Positions 18,041-27,067 of a stretch of 64,000 bases of DNA are shown here, one piece after another. The DNA comes from a virus. Its lineage: Duplodnaviria; Caudoviricetes. The stretch lies in IMG/VR virus record IMGVR_UViG_3300033120_000761, positions 22,554 through 86,553 of that record, one strand, 5' to 3'. Position 1 is the first letter of the stretch. The number at the start of each line of letters is the position of its first letter. The position numbers and the translations under genes are program-made. Under the pieces are notes generated by a model. The model saw only the letters and a program-made list of their open reading frames with translations, had not been told where the DNA came from and did not search any database.

Positions 18041-18817
18041 ATGATAACAGAAATAGAAATGGAAGATCGTCAATGTGTGAGCGCGAATTGTAAAATGCAA
18101 TTCAGGGTCAGTGTTGGTTCTAATCAACTTTACCACTCTTCTTATTGCGCCGATAACGATCCCAATCGTGAAAGGAATGAAAAAGAATGGCAGAGAACAA
18201 TGAGGAAAATAAACACCGGCCATGTGAAGCTGAATCAACAACAGAGAATGGAGAAGAAAGGCCCCTCACCCGTGATGAAAAGCGAAAAGCTTATAAGCGT
18301 TGGAAGTGGAAGAACGACTCAGCCTATCGAGAAGAAAAAAATCGAAAGAGAAGAGAGCTTGCCGCCAATAATCGAGAAAAAGAAAGAGCGCGTTCTAGAA
18401 ACTATTACGCCAACAATAAAGAAAAAGATAATGCCAGAAGAGCAGAAAACAGAAGAAAGAATCTTGAATATAACAGACAATACAATCGAGACTATTATGC
18501 CAGAAACAAATTTAAACTCCTCGAAGGAATCAAATTCAGGCGATACGCCAATGATCCTACCCGAGGACTTCATACAGCCATCTCAGACTTTAAAAACGGT
18601 CGTATTGGATTCGATGAGCTTGATCGACGATTCTATGAAGCTAATGCACGACTCAGCTCAATCATTAGTGAAGGATTCAACAGAGGGCGGGAAAGTAACG
18701 AGTGATGATTATAAAATCAAAACCGCTATTCAGTGTGTCGCCGAGGTAAGAAACTTAATGAAAACAAAAATCGAAATCGCTCGATTGGTTCTGGATATTC
18801 CAGGAAAAAAGAAATAA
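18041..18817 (+). CDS. hypothetical protein with N-terminal Cys/His cluster (outer ORF of a dual-coded region)
   Basis: 258-aa ORF, C-x4-C...H-x3-C at N-terminus, helical C-terminus. Confidence 0.6.
   Translation: MITEIEMEDRQCVSANCKMQFRVSVGSNQLYHSSYCADNDPNRERNEKEWQRTMRKINTGHVKLNQQQRMEKKGPSPVMKSEKLISVGSGRTTQPIEKKKIEREESLPPIIEKKKERVLETITPTIKKKIMPEEQKTEERILNITDNTIETIMPETNLNSSKESNSGDTPMILPEDFIQPSQTLKTVVLDSMSLIDDSMKLMHDSAQSLVKDSTEGGKVTSDDYKIKTAIQCVAEVRNLMKTKIEIARLVLDIPGKKK
18187..18705 (+). CDS. basic Arg/Lys/Tyr-rich helical protein nested in an alternative frame
   Basis: 172-aa stop-free ORF inside 18041-18817; AAGGA upstream; YNRQYNRDYYARNK-type repeats. Confidence 0.55.
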   Translation: MAENNEENKHRPCEAESTTENGEERPLTRDEKRKAYKRWKWKNDSAYREEKNRKRRELAANNREKERARSRNYYANNKEKDNARRAENRRKNLEYNRQYNRDYYARNKFKLLEGIKFRRYANDPTRGLHTAISDFKNGRIGFDELDRRFYEANARLSSIISEGFNRGRESNE

Positions 18818-18824
18818 GGAATTT

Positions 18825-19052
18825 ATGAAAAAGTTATCACTTCTACCATTACTATTAGCTTCAACTATGGGGATCGGAAATGATCTCTTTGGATTACATG
18901 ATCACTATCCGTATAGCAGATCTTCTCAGAAGTCTGATCCTTATAATCCGAAGATGAAATTATCTTCTAGTGATGAAGCAAAGTTGGCAGAGCTTCACGG
19001 TAAAGCAAAGAAAGCGTTCGTAAAAGAATTACGAGAGAAATATAAAAACTAA
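18825..19052 (+). CDS. hypothetical protein with signal-peptide-like N-terminus
   Basis: MKKLSLLPLLLAS..., AAGGA RBS. Confidence 0.6.
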   Translation: MKKLSLLPLLLASTMGIGNDLFGLHDHYPYSRSSQKSDPYNPKMKLSSSDEAKLAELHGKAKKAFVKELREKYKN

Positions 19053-19062
19053 GGAGAGTCTT

Positions 19063-19362
19063 ATGGACAAAGCATCTAAGTCATTCATCGTTGTAGTTAT
19101 GCTCATCGTTCTGGTTATGGTCGGAGCAATCGGGATCTTTAAATTCAAGGATAAACCGGCTGCAAAGCCTTATAAACCCACTTCAAAGGAAGTCTATATG
19201 GCAGGAATGTATAACGGTTACCTTTCCGGTTGCTTCGCTGGTTTAAATGATGCAAAATCTCACTCGCCGAGATCTAATCAGGTCTGGCAAGAATGCAAGC
19301 AAAGAGCTGAAGGACACGTTAAATTTAATTACTGCTTGATTGATATGTATCCATGTAAATAA
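19063..19362 (+). CDS. membrane-anchored hypothetical protein
   Basis: N-terminal TM helix, four Cys downstream. Confidence 0.65.
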   Translation: MDKASKSFIVVVMLIVLVMVGAIGIFKFKDKPAAKPYKPTSKEVYMAGMYNGYLSGCFAGLNDAKSHSPRSNQVWQECKQRAEGHVKFNYCLIDMYPCK

Positions 19363-19372
19363 GGAATTGGAA

Positions 19373-19780
19373 ATGGCCTCTGAAATTGAGAAAACAGACT
19401 TCGTTAAATTATCTAGAGAGAATGCTTCACTTCATGCAAATGTTTTGATGTATGGTTCTGGCTTCATAAAAGTAAATCCTGATGATAGAAAAAAATTCTC
19501 TCATAAGAAGATTTATGAAACCGTAGATATGGCGACGAATATGGGGCAGACTCAAGCTTTAGAGGCCATTTATAAACATCTGAAAGATATCTCTCAAGAT
19601 ACCGATGTGCCTAAAGAACAAAAATTCGCCATTCTATTTGGTGAAGTTGAGTTGATGCTCAAAGAAACCACCACCTATTTTTTCAAGACCTATGACCCTA
19701 AGAAATTGACGGTCCCCCATGATACGATAACTATCGATGATATGAGAACTCGCTATCTGATCGAAGAATCAGTCTTATAA
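19373..19780 (+). CDS. hypothetical protein
   Basis: ORF 19340-19780; ATG 19373 follows AAGGA. Confidence 0.65.
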   Translation: MASEIEKTDFVKLSRENASLHANVLMYGSGFIKVNPDDRKKFSHKKIYETVDMATNMGQTQALEAIYKHLKDISQDTDVPKEQKFAILFGEVELMLKETTTYFFKTYDPKKLTVPHDTITIDDMRTRYLIEESVL

Positions 19781-19895
19781 ATTATCTAAAAATCTACTGG
19801 TTTTAAACGGTTAGAGGGATGCTCATTCTTTCATAGCCAGTTGATAAATGCCCCCTGAATGGATAGATTGAGTTATCTATTTATAGGGAGGAAGC

Positions 19896-20063
19896 ATGGA
19901 ATTATTGCCGGGATTTTTAGATAATGTAGATCCAGAAGATTATTACGTTTTTATCGCCCCTCAACCGGAATATAAGATTTCTTTAGAGCTATTCAAAGCA
20001 ACGGTTAAGCCTAAAACATTTAAAGAAAAACTAGCTGAAATTTTCGGATCTGTATTCGCATGA
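19896..20063 (+). CDS. small hypothetical protein
   Basis: hand-translated 55-aa ORF MELLPGFLDNVDPED..., GGGAGG RBS. Confidence 0.6.
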   Translation: MELLPGFLDNVDPEDYYVFIAPQPEYKISLELFKATVKPKTFKEKLAEIFGSVFA

Positions 20064-20425
20064 GTGAAGTTAGAAAATCAGAAGATTTTTATCAAACTTA
20101 TTTGAAGCAATTAAAGGGTAAGAAAGTAGCCCCTCGTGATCTAATTCAGATCGGGGTATCGGATAAGTTTTATCCAGCAAGTTTCGTAGCTCAATTTTTT
20201 AAGTTAAATCACGAATCAGAAAAATTCATTTATTTAGATGAAAGAAATTTCTTAGATGTGAGATCTATTAAGCATCATCTCTATGTATCAACTCTTTCTA
20301 TATCACCAATTGAAACAAGATATACAGATACCAATAAACTCCAGGCCAATTGGCCGGAAGTGAAAGATGGTAAAAAAATTGATAGATGGTTCTATGTTCC
20401 TCAAACTTTTTTAATGTGGTTTTAA
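20060..20425 (+). CDS. hypothetical protein
   Basis: 121-aa ORF. Confidence 0.6.
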   Translation: MSEVRKSEDFYQTYLKQLKGKKVAPRDLIQIGVSDKFYPASFVAQFFKLNHESEKFIYLDERNFLDVRSIKHHLYVSTLSISPIETRYTDTNKLQANWPEVKDGKKIDRWFYVPQTFLMWF

Positions 20426-20746
20426 ATGACTAAAAAAATATCTAAAAGACAGGTCGAAGGAATCATCGATAGATTGATGTATGAAAGTATTATCGAGCGT
20501 GGTGATGATGTTGATAGGGCATATAAAATAGTTGCCTCTACGTTTAAGAGAATACCATTACCAAAACCTAAGAAGAAAAAAGATTTAACCCACAAAGATA
20601 TCCATATTCAACTTCATAGAAGTCTTGATCAACTGGCCGCTGATTTTATGAGACATACTCAGCAGCTCCCATCTAAGACTTCAGTGATGGATCTAATGAA
20701 ATGGGCAAGCGAGCAGGCTAAGAATCCGACAGAGGTAACAGATTAA
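20426..20746 (+). CDS. hypothetical protein
   Basis: 106-aa ORF. Confidence 0.6.
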   Translation: MTKKISKRQVEGIIDRLMYESIIERGDDVDRAYKIVASTFKRIPLPKPKKKKDLTHKDIHIQLHRSLDQLAADFMRHTQQLPSKTSVMDLMKWASEQAKNPTEVTD

Positions 20747-21069
20747 TGAAGTTTGATCTAACTCATCCATGTAAGGATTGCCCGTATAGAACCGATGTAG
20801 TTCCTTATCTAAAACAAGATAGGGCAGAAGAGATCATTCATGAGATTACAGAAAATCAAAAGACTTTCACTTGCCATAAAACAACTGAATTAGATGATAG
20901 AAATAGACAACATTGCGCCGGAGCTCTTATTTTGCTTGAGAAGAATAACGAGCCTAATCAGATGATGAGAATTGCTGAACGATTGAGATATTACGATAGA
21001 ACGAAATTAAAAATGAGCGCACCGGTATTTGATACTTATCAGGAGTTCATAGATGCTCAACCAGAATAG
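20746..21069 (+). CDS. Cys-rich conserved phage protein (DUF6283-like)
   Basis: PCKDCPYR...FTCHKT...QHCAGA motifs. Confidence 0.6.
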   Translation: MKFDLTHPCKDCPYRTDVVPYLKQDRAEEIIHEITENQKTFTCHKTTELDDRNRQHCAGALILLEKNNEPNQMMRIAERLRYYDRTKLKMSAPVFDTYQEFIDAQPE

Positions 21070-21262
21070 CCTATCTGAATTTTCAATAAAGACAGGCCAT
21101 CGACCTAGAGAATGTAAAGATGAGCAATGTTCTGGAACTTGTTTTCTGTGCGTTCTTTATCTTTGTGGATTATGTAATCAAGCGGAAGGCGAATTAGAAT
21201 CAAAATGCCCTAAGAATCCGAACCCCAATAACGTGCTTTATTTAAAAAGGAGAGAAAAATGA
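21053..21262 (+). CDS. small Cys-rich (zinc-binding) protein
   Basis: C-x4-C-x3-C-x2-C-x4-C-x2-C...C. Confidence 0.5.
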   Translation: MLNQNSLSEFSIKTGHRPRECKDEQCSGTCFLCVLYLCGLCNQAEGELESKCPKNPNPNNVLYLKRREK

Positions 21263-21441
21263 AATTGAATCAAAAGATCGAACTTCACTTAGTTCAAAAC
21301 CCGGGAACTGTTTTTTCTTATAAACAGATCGCAGAAGTTTTTCAAACGGGTTGCAGAGCCGTTGGTTCAGCAATGAAGGCAATCGGCAAAAGAAATAGTG
21401 AAATCTGTAATCGCGTAGTATTTTCTCGCGAATTAAAATAA
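21259..21441 (+). CDS. minimal MGMT/Ada-type DNA-binding domain (alkyltransferase-like)
   Basis: PGTVFSYKQIAE...RAVGSAM and ICNRVV resembling PCHRVV. Confidence 0.65.
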   Translation: MKLNQKIELHLVQNPGTVFSYKQIAEVFQTGCRAVGSAMKAIGKRNSEICNRVVFSRELK

Positions 21442-21824
21442 TGGAGGTAAATATGTCTGAGAATTTTGAAACACCATCTGACGAAGTAGAAAATGATGAG
21501 CCACAACTACACCGTTTAAATACGGAATCTAGGGGTATTGTGATCGCATCCCAAGATCCTGAATTAAAGCCAGCTTATGATAAGTTCATGGCAGCGAGAG
21601 AACACGCTAATACAGTAATGGCAGAAGCAGCGGAAAAAGTAAAAGTTGCAGCAAATGCTTTATCGGCTCAGGAAGATTCTTTCTGGACTGAAGTAACTGA
21701 AGTTTTAGTGAAAAGAGGCGTTGTAGCAAAAGAAACAAATCTTGAACTTCACTCTGATGTTATCTTAAAGGCAGAGCCAGCAAGAAACCCACTAAGAGAT
21801 TTTCTAAGAAATATGCACCATTAA
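21441..21824 (+). CDS. hypothetical protein
   Basis: 127-aa ORF; GGAGG favours start at 21453. Confidence 0.7.
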   Translation: MEVNMSENFETPSDEVENDEPQLHRLNTESRGIVIASQDPELKPAYDKFMAAREHANTVMAEAAEKVKVAANALSAQEDSFWTEVTEVLVKRGVVAKETNLELHSDVILKAEPARNPLRDFLRNMHH

Positions 21825-21834
21825 GATACTTTAA

Positions 21835-21866
21835 GCCCCCTATCGATATAAATGGTAGGGGGGGTT
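21835..21866 (+). terminator. GC-rich hairpin ending the accessory region
   Basis: CCCCCTATC...GGTAGGGGG stem; weak U tract. Confidence 0.45.
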
Positions 21867-22075
21867 CTGCCAAGCGATAATACCTGATTTCCCCATCTTC
21901 TTAAAAATACCGATAAATCCATTCTTCCAAATAAAAACCCCGGCAAAACGGCTCTAATCGCCTCTCCATCGACCTCGGGAGCTATCCCCGAACCCGAAAA
22001 ATACTATTTTGACTTTACGCGGGTCTATAATTAAGGCACACTTTAATTACAAGTCAAGTCATAGGGGTATTTAAA

Positions 22076-22414
22076 ATGAAAGTACGCGAGCACGTTTACG
22101 TCGAGGAAACTCTGGCGCAAGTAATGTCTAATCCGGTTGTAGCGGTAAATTTTGAGAATTTGAAAAAAGATTTCGAAGCGTGTTATGATGGATTCTTATC
22201 TCAAGAAATTACGACAATGACTGATTCTCAGATCAGCGATTTAAAAACTGATATTTTCCTAGCCTACATCATGGGTTGTGTTCAATCGATGGATGTCAGA
22301 TCCTTTTTCAGAATTGGATTTAGAGTCCCTCAAGAAGCTGTCGTAGAAAAGAAACCGGATATTTTTATGGGTGAAGAGAAGAAAATTCTCAATCCCCCTA
22401 AATTGATTCTATAG
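22076..22414 (+). CDS. hypothetical protein
   Basis: 112-aa ORF, AGGGG RBS. Confidence 0.65.
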   Translation: MKVREHVYVEETLAQVMSNPVVAVNFENLKKDFEACYDGFLSQEITTMTDSQISDLKTDIFLAYIMGCVQSMDVRSFFRIGFRVPQEAVVEKKPDIFMGEEKKILNPPKLIL

Positions 22415-22422
22415 GTAATTTT

Positions 22423-22941
22423 ATGGCAAAAAAATTCAGTAGAAAACCATCGAATAAAGAAGATGTAGAAGTTGAAGTAACTCAACCTCGGGTAAAAACT
22501 ATTCCTCTTGAGCCATTAACGGGAAAGGTATTACCTCCATTAGATCCTCTTTATGAATTGACTCCTTTAGAAAGGTTCAATCAGCTTCCGACCTATACGA
22601 CCAAATTAACCAATAAGCATTATTCGAATATTATTCTTCATTATCTTTTAATGAGGCCGGATAAGTTTAAGGAAATAGCTCAGAACGCATCAAAGCTTTC
22701 TATCTTAGAAGCTCAGATCGTAAAGGGATTAGCTAAATCAATCGGTAAATCAGAAGAAGCGCATGATATGGAAAAATATTATGCTGATAGAGCTTTTGGT
22801 AAATCTAAACAGGGTATTGAGCATACGGGTCCAGATGGAACTCCAATGCAATTAATGTCTGGAAGTATTCAATCCATAATGGATGAATTTTCGCCCGAGG
22901 AAATCGCGGCCATCAGGAAGATAGCGGATGAGCAGAGCTAA
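22423..22941 (+). CDS. terS: putative terminase small subunit
   Basis: directly upstream of and overlapping terL; C-terminal GKSKQGIEHTGPDGTP typical of TerS tails. Confidence 0.6.
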   Translation: MAKKFSRKPSNKEDVEVEVTQPRVKTIPLEPLTGKVLPPLDPLYELTPLERFNQLPTYTTKLTNKHYSNIILHYLLMRPDKFKEIAQNASKLSILEAQIVKGLAKSIGKSEEAHDMEKYYADRAFGKSKQGIEHTGPDGTPMQLMSGSIQSIMDEFSPEEIAAIRKIADEQS

Positions 22942-24574
22942 TAAAGCAGCAGAGCTATTATCTTTTTTCAAGAATCCTACTGTAACTAAACAGCAGAAGG
23001 ATTTAGAACAATCTATAAAGTTGGCTAAGACAAGTCTTCTAGAATTTACTAAATTCACAAAACCAGAATATGAAGTAAATTGGCATCATGAACTTATTTG
23101 TTCTGAGGTTGATGATTTTCTAAAAGATCCTACTAGAAAAAGATTGATGGTTTTCGTTGCTCCAAGAAGAGGTAAATCAGAAATTATTTCAAGACGACTT
23201 CCAGCCTATGCTTTAGGGTTGAATCCAGATCTTCAAATTATCGCAACTTCATACGGGGCAGATTTAGCTTCTGCTATGAACAGAGATACTCAAAGAATTA
23301 TCGATGCAAATGAATATAAATTAGTTTTCCCAAATACATATTTGAACTCTAGAAACGTTAAGAATATGGCATCTGGATCTTATATCAGAACTTCAGATAA
23401 GTTTGAGGTTGTAGGTAGAAAAGGTGCTTATAGATCTGCCGGTGTTGGTGGAGCTATTACAGGGATGGGAGCCGATTTAGCGATTATCGACGACCCTATC
23501 AAAGACTGGAAAGAAGCAATGTCTCCGGTTCGTAAACAAGCCGTATATGATTGGTACACATCAACTTTATATACTCGTCTTTCTACTGAAGGAAAAGTAA
23601 TTATCGTTCTTACAAGATGGGCAGAAGATGATCTTGCAGGAAGATTATTAAAAGAGGCAGAAGCGAATCCCGAGGCAGATCAATGGGAAGTTATTTCACT
23701 TCCAGAGATCTTTGAATCAGAGGATGCTTATACTCACCCGCTAGATCCTAGATCGGAAGGTGATTTATTATGGCCTGAAAAATATAATCAAAAAAATATC
23801 AACAGAACAAAAGCTTCAGTTGGTTCAAAAGTTTGGGCTTCTTTATTCCAACAGAAACCATCTCCAGGAGACGGAACAACATTCAAGTCTCAGTGGTTCC
23901 AATATTACAAAGAGCTTCCAGAATTTGAATACACCATGGCTTCGTGGGACTGCACATTCAATGATTCTGCTGGCTCCGATTTCGTGGCCTGTACTGTATG
24001 GGGTATTAAGGGCGTTGATAAATATCTTATCCATGTTGTGAATGAAAGATTATCTTTCACCAATACCTTAAAAGAAATTTTAAAAGTTAATATGATGTTC
24101 CCTAATCTAAGAGGAACTATTATTGAAAATAAAGCCAACGGTCCAGCGATTCTAAACGTAATCGAATCTAAGATCCCCCGAGTATTAAAATATACTCCGA
24201 CAGATTCTAAGGTAGCGAGAGCCGAGGCAGTTTCTCCGGTATTTGAAGCAAAGAATATTCACCTACCAGATCCTTATTATGCAAAAAATAGAGAACGCTA
24301 TTCATGGGTTCCAACTATCTTAAATTTATTTGTAGAACAATTTAAAGCATTCCCTTTTGGTAAGCATGACGATATGGTTGATAGTACAGTGCAGTTCTTA
24401 TTAAAAGATTCTTCTGGCCCTAAATGGCTTCAGGATCTCGCTAATCAAGTTGATGAGACAGCGAAAGTTGATCTTGTTGTTGATGAGGCAGTTGCTGAAT
24501 TAATGGGATGGGATCTGGATAGAATTGCAGCTCAGAATGATCCATCATCTTGGCATGGTAAATTAGGATTTTAA
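22928..24574 (+). CDS. terL: terminase large subunit
   Basis: Walker A APRRGKS, Walker B IIDDP, coupling motif LTRW, RNaseH-like nuclease SWDCTF...IENKANG...HDDMVDS. Confidence 0.95.
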   Translation: MSRANKAAELLSFFKNPTVTKQQKDLEQSIKLAKTSLLEFTKFTKPEYEVNWHHELICSEVDDFLKDPTRKRLMVFVAPRRGKSEIISRRLPAYALGLNPDLQIIATSYGADLASAMNRDTQRIIDANEYKLVFPNTYLNSRNVKNMASGSYIRTSDKFEVVGRKGAYRSAGVGGAITGMGADLAIIDDPIKDWKEAMSPVRKQAVYDWYTSTLYTRLSTEGKVIIVLTRWAEDDLAGRLLKEAEANPEADQWEVISLPEIFESEDAYTHPLDPRSEGDLLWPEKYNQKNINRTKASVGSKVWASLFQQKPSPGDGTTFKSQWFQYYKELPEFEYTMASWDCTFNDSAGSDFVACTVWGIKGVDKYLIHVVNERLSFTNTLKEILKVNMMFPNLRGTIIENKANGPAILNVIESKIPRVLKYTPTDSKVARAEAVSPVFEAKNIHLPDPYYAKNRERYSWVPTILNLFVEQFKAFPFGKHDDMVDSTVQFLLKDSSGPKWLQDLANQVDETAKVDLVVDEAVAELMGWDLDRIAAQNDPSSWHGKLGF

Positions 24575-24575
24575 T

Positions 24576-24983
24576 ATGGAAGAATATAGAAACGGTATGC
24601 CCGTAGTAAAAAGAAAAGCGGCATTATTATTCGCTGATAATTTAGCGGCAGTAATCGATGTAACTATACCATGTGATATCGGTAATCACATGGCCCCGAG
24701 ATGGCCTATGACTATTAATTTTCATGGTAAACAATTCCAGTTTCAAAGAGATAGTCATGAGCCTCAAAAAAGACCCATGTATCGCGAGGTCGTAGAGTCC
24801 CAAGAACCGCCAAAAGAAGTAACGATAGAAGATTATAAAGTAATGCACGAGTATCATGAAAAACTAATTATGAAACTCGCCATGAGAGTCCTAGCGCAAA
24901 ATCCGAATGTTGGAAGTGTTGAAAATGTAGTTTCACATTTTATGCAAATGGTTGATGAAGATGAGTTGAATAAGTTGAATTGA
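24576..24983 (+). CDS. hypothetical protein
   Basis: 135-aa ORF. Confidence 0.65.
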   Translation: MEEYRNGMPVVKRKAALLFADNLAAVIDVTIPCDIGNHMAPRWPMTINFHGKQFQFQRDSHEPQKRPMYREVVESQEPPKEVTIEDYKVMHEYHEKLIMKLAMRVLAQNPNVGSVENVVSHFMQMVDEDELNKLN

Positions 24984-25016
24984 TTCCATATACTTTTTAT
25001 AAAAAAAGGAGTTTTT

Positions 25017-25193
25017 ATGGAAGATCTATTTTTGCAAGCGGGCGATTCTATACCTGAGAAATCAATCCCCGTTTATAAACCCTACTCACCAACTTTCGAT
25101 TGCAGACTTTGTGGAAACAATTTTGAGAGAACAAAGAAAAATGAAGGTGACTTCGACATCTGTTATTGGTGCGGTCACGAGGAGGAAGGTTGA
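25017..25193 (+). CDS. small zinc-ribbon protein
   Basis: hand-translated 58 aa with CRLC...CYWC; AAGGAG RBS. Confidence 0.6.
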   Translation: MEDLFLQAGDSIPEKSIPVYKPYSPTFDCRLCGNNFERTKKNEGDFDICYWCGHEEEG

Positions 25194-25408
25194 GAAACTT
25201 AAATGAGATTATCCCAAAGACTTATACTATTGAGTCAAAGCAAAATGAATTATTCAAAACGAATGATAGATCAGAAGCACTTACAAAATTTATGAATATG
25301 GGCGCATACCCTTATCCATTATTTTTAAAAGAAGATGGAAAAATTATTCATGAAAAGTCTGGCGCAACAAATAAACCAATTACAACATTGGAACCGATTA
25401 ATAGCTAA
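25190..25408 (+). CDS. hypothetical protein
   Basis: ORF 25166-25408; TTG at 25190 after GAGGAGG. Confidence 0.55.
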   Translation: MRNLNEIIPKTYTIESKQNELFKTNDRSEALTKFMNMGAYPYPLFLKEDGKIIHEKSGATNKPITTLEPINS

Positions 25409-25416
25409 AAGGATTT

Positions 25417-25800
25417 ATGTCTGAAGTATGTAAAACGGCCAGACATAAAAAGCAGCAACATTTCATCATAAGAATGATGGAGAGATTCGCAATTGTTTTT
25501 AAGCATAGCGACTTTCCTGATCTCATGGAATTGATTGAAAGCTACGAAGCACCACCAATTATGATCTCGGAAGAGGATGGTAAATCTTTTCATCCCGTGG
25601 TCATTCAAGGTGTGAATGTTGTTGTTTTATATGATTGGGAATTTAATACTCCGTTAACTGCTTTTTATCCTAACTGGTTCAGACAGCTTCCCTGTGGAAA
25701 ATGGGAAAGAACTTTGAATCTGAAATCAAAAACGATCAGCTATAATAATCGTAGGGTTGCTATAGAAAGAAAAATTAAGGGCTTCAAACATGGATATTAA
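25417..25800 (+). CDS. hypothetical protein
   Basis: 127-aa ORF, AAGGA RBS. Confidence 0.65.
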   Translation: MSEVCKTARHKKQQHFIIRMMERFAIVFKHSDFPDLMELIESYEAPPIMISEEDGKSFHPVVIQGVNVVVLYDWEFNTPLTAFYPNWFRQLPCGKWERTLNLKSKTISYNNRRVAIERKIKGFKHGY

Positions 25801-25803
25801 AAA

Positions 25804-26385
25804 ATGACAGCTAGGAATCAATATAGTTCAGATGCACATAAAAAATTCAAAGTAAATAATTTGAAGAAATTTAAAACTCTGGGTTATAGAGCTTCGCGAT
25901 TATTCGATGGATATCTAGTTAATGAGTGTGGTGAAGTTGTTTCGATTCATACGGGTAAAGTAAAAAAGCAACAAACAGATCCCAAGGGATATAAGAGAGT
26001 TCAACTACTAATTAATAAAGAGCAATTCTCCGTTCTAGTCCACCGCATGGTTGGTATTGCGTTTTTAGGTGAGCCGCCGGATGATAAAAATACGATCAAT
26101 CATAAGGACGGTAATAAAGCTAATAATCACTATTCTAATCTTGAGTGGTGCTCATATAAGGAAAACGAGCATCATAAAATTCATGTTTTAAAAACTGGAT
26201 CTCAAGGTGAAAATAATGGGACGGCTAAGATCACAAGGTCAATCGCAGAAGAAATAAGAAAAGTTCTATTGCCATTGAAGATAAGAACCAGAAAAAGAAA
26301 TCTGGCCCAACAAGAATTAATGGAAAAATACGACTTACAACAACCACATATTTGGCTAATACTAAATAATAAACTTTGGAAGTAA
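25804..26385 (+). CDS. free-standing HNH homing endonuclease
   Basis: VHRMVGIAF...INHKDGNKANNHYSNLEWCSYKEN. Confidence 0.9.
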   Translation: MTARNQYSSDAHKKFKVNNLKKFKTLGYRASRLFDGYLVNECGEVVSIHTGKVKKQQTDPKGYKRVQLLINKEQFSVLVHRMVGIAFLGEPPDDKNTINHKDGNKANNHYSNLEWCSYKENEHHKIHVLKTGSQGENNGTAKITRSIAEEIRKVLLPLKIRTRKRNLAQQELMEKYDLQQPHIWLILNNKLWK

Positions 26386-26386
26386 T

Positions 26387-27067
26387 ATGGATATTAAAAA
26401 GATCCGAAAAAGTAGCTACAATCCTAGGGTAATGTCTCGTGATGCAAGAGTTGCTCTGAGAAAATCTCTAGAATCTTTTAATGATATTTCAGGTATAGTT
26501 GTAAACACTACAACCGGAAACTTAGTTTCTGGAAATCATAGATGGGATGAACTTTGCCAGATCCACGATGAGAAAAACTTATCTCTTAGAGAAGTAGCAC
26601 CAGATATTTTCTCAATCGATGCTAAGAAAAAAGCCACGGGGTTTATTCTTAGAACAGTTAAGTGGCCGTTGAGTAAAGAAAAGGCGGCAAACATTGCTGC
26701 AAATTCTGATCTTCTAATGGGAGAGTTCACATCTGGATTGCAAGGTATCTTAGATGAATTATTCGATGATAATGAATTAGATATAAATTTAGAAGATTTA
26801 AGATTCGAAGAATTATCAATCGATACTTCAGCACTAGACGATGATCTAGATTTAGATGATGAATCGGTAAGAGAAAAAATTCAAACAGACTCAGAAGCAA
26901 AAATAAGAAAATTAAAAGAAGCTACGACAGAACCTCCTGGGGAAGTTAAGGTAGTTGTTGATTCATTCAAAATTATTTGTCCTGGAGAAATCTGTGATGA
27001 AGTAAAAGAGGATATTAAAAAATATGTCTCTAAGAAATATTACAAAGACGATATTAAAATAGTATGA
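26387..27067 (+). CDS. ParB-like N-terminal domain protein
   Basis: YNPRVM...LRKSLESF..ISGIVVN...LVSGNHRW. Confidence 0.8.
   Translation: MDIKKIRKSSYNPRVMSRDARVALRKSLESFNDISGIVVNTTTGNLVSGNHRWDELCQIHDEKNLSLREVAPDIFSIDAKKKATGFILRTVKWPLSKEKAANIAANSDLLMGEFTSGLQGILDELFDDNELDINLEDLRFEELSIDTSALDDDLDLDDESVREKIQTDSEAKIRKLKEATTEPPGEVKVVVDSFKIICPGEICDEVKEDIKKYVSKKYYKDDIKIV

Noticed and set aside
22928-24574. Intein or intron in terminase
   Set aside because: Normal length with contiguous ATPase and nuclease motifs; the nearby HNH is free-standing
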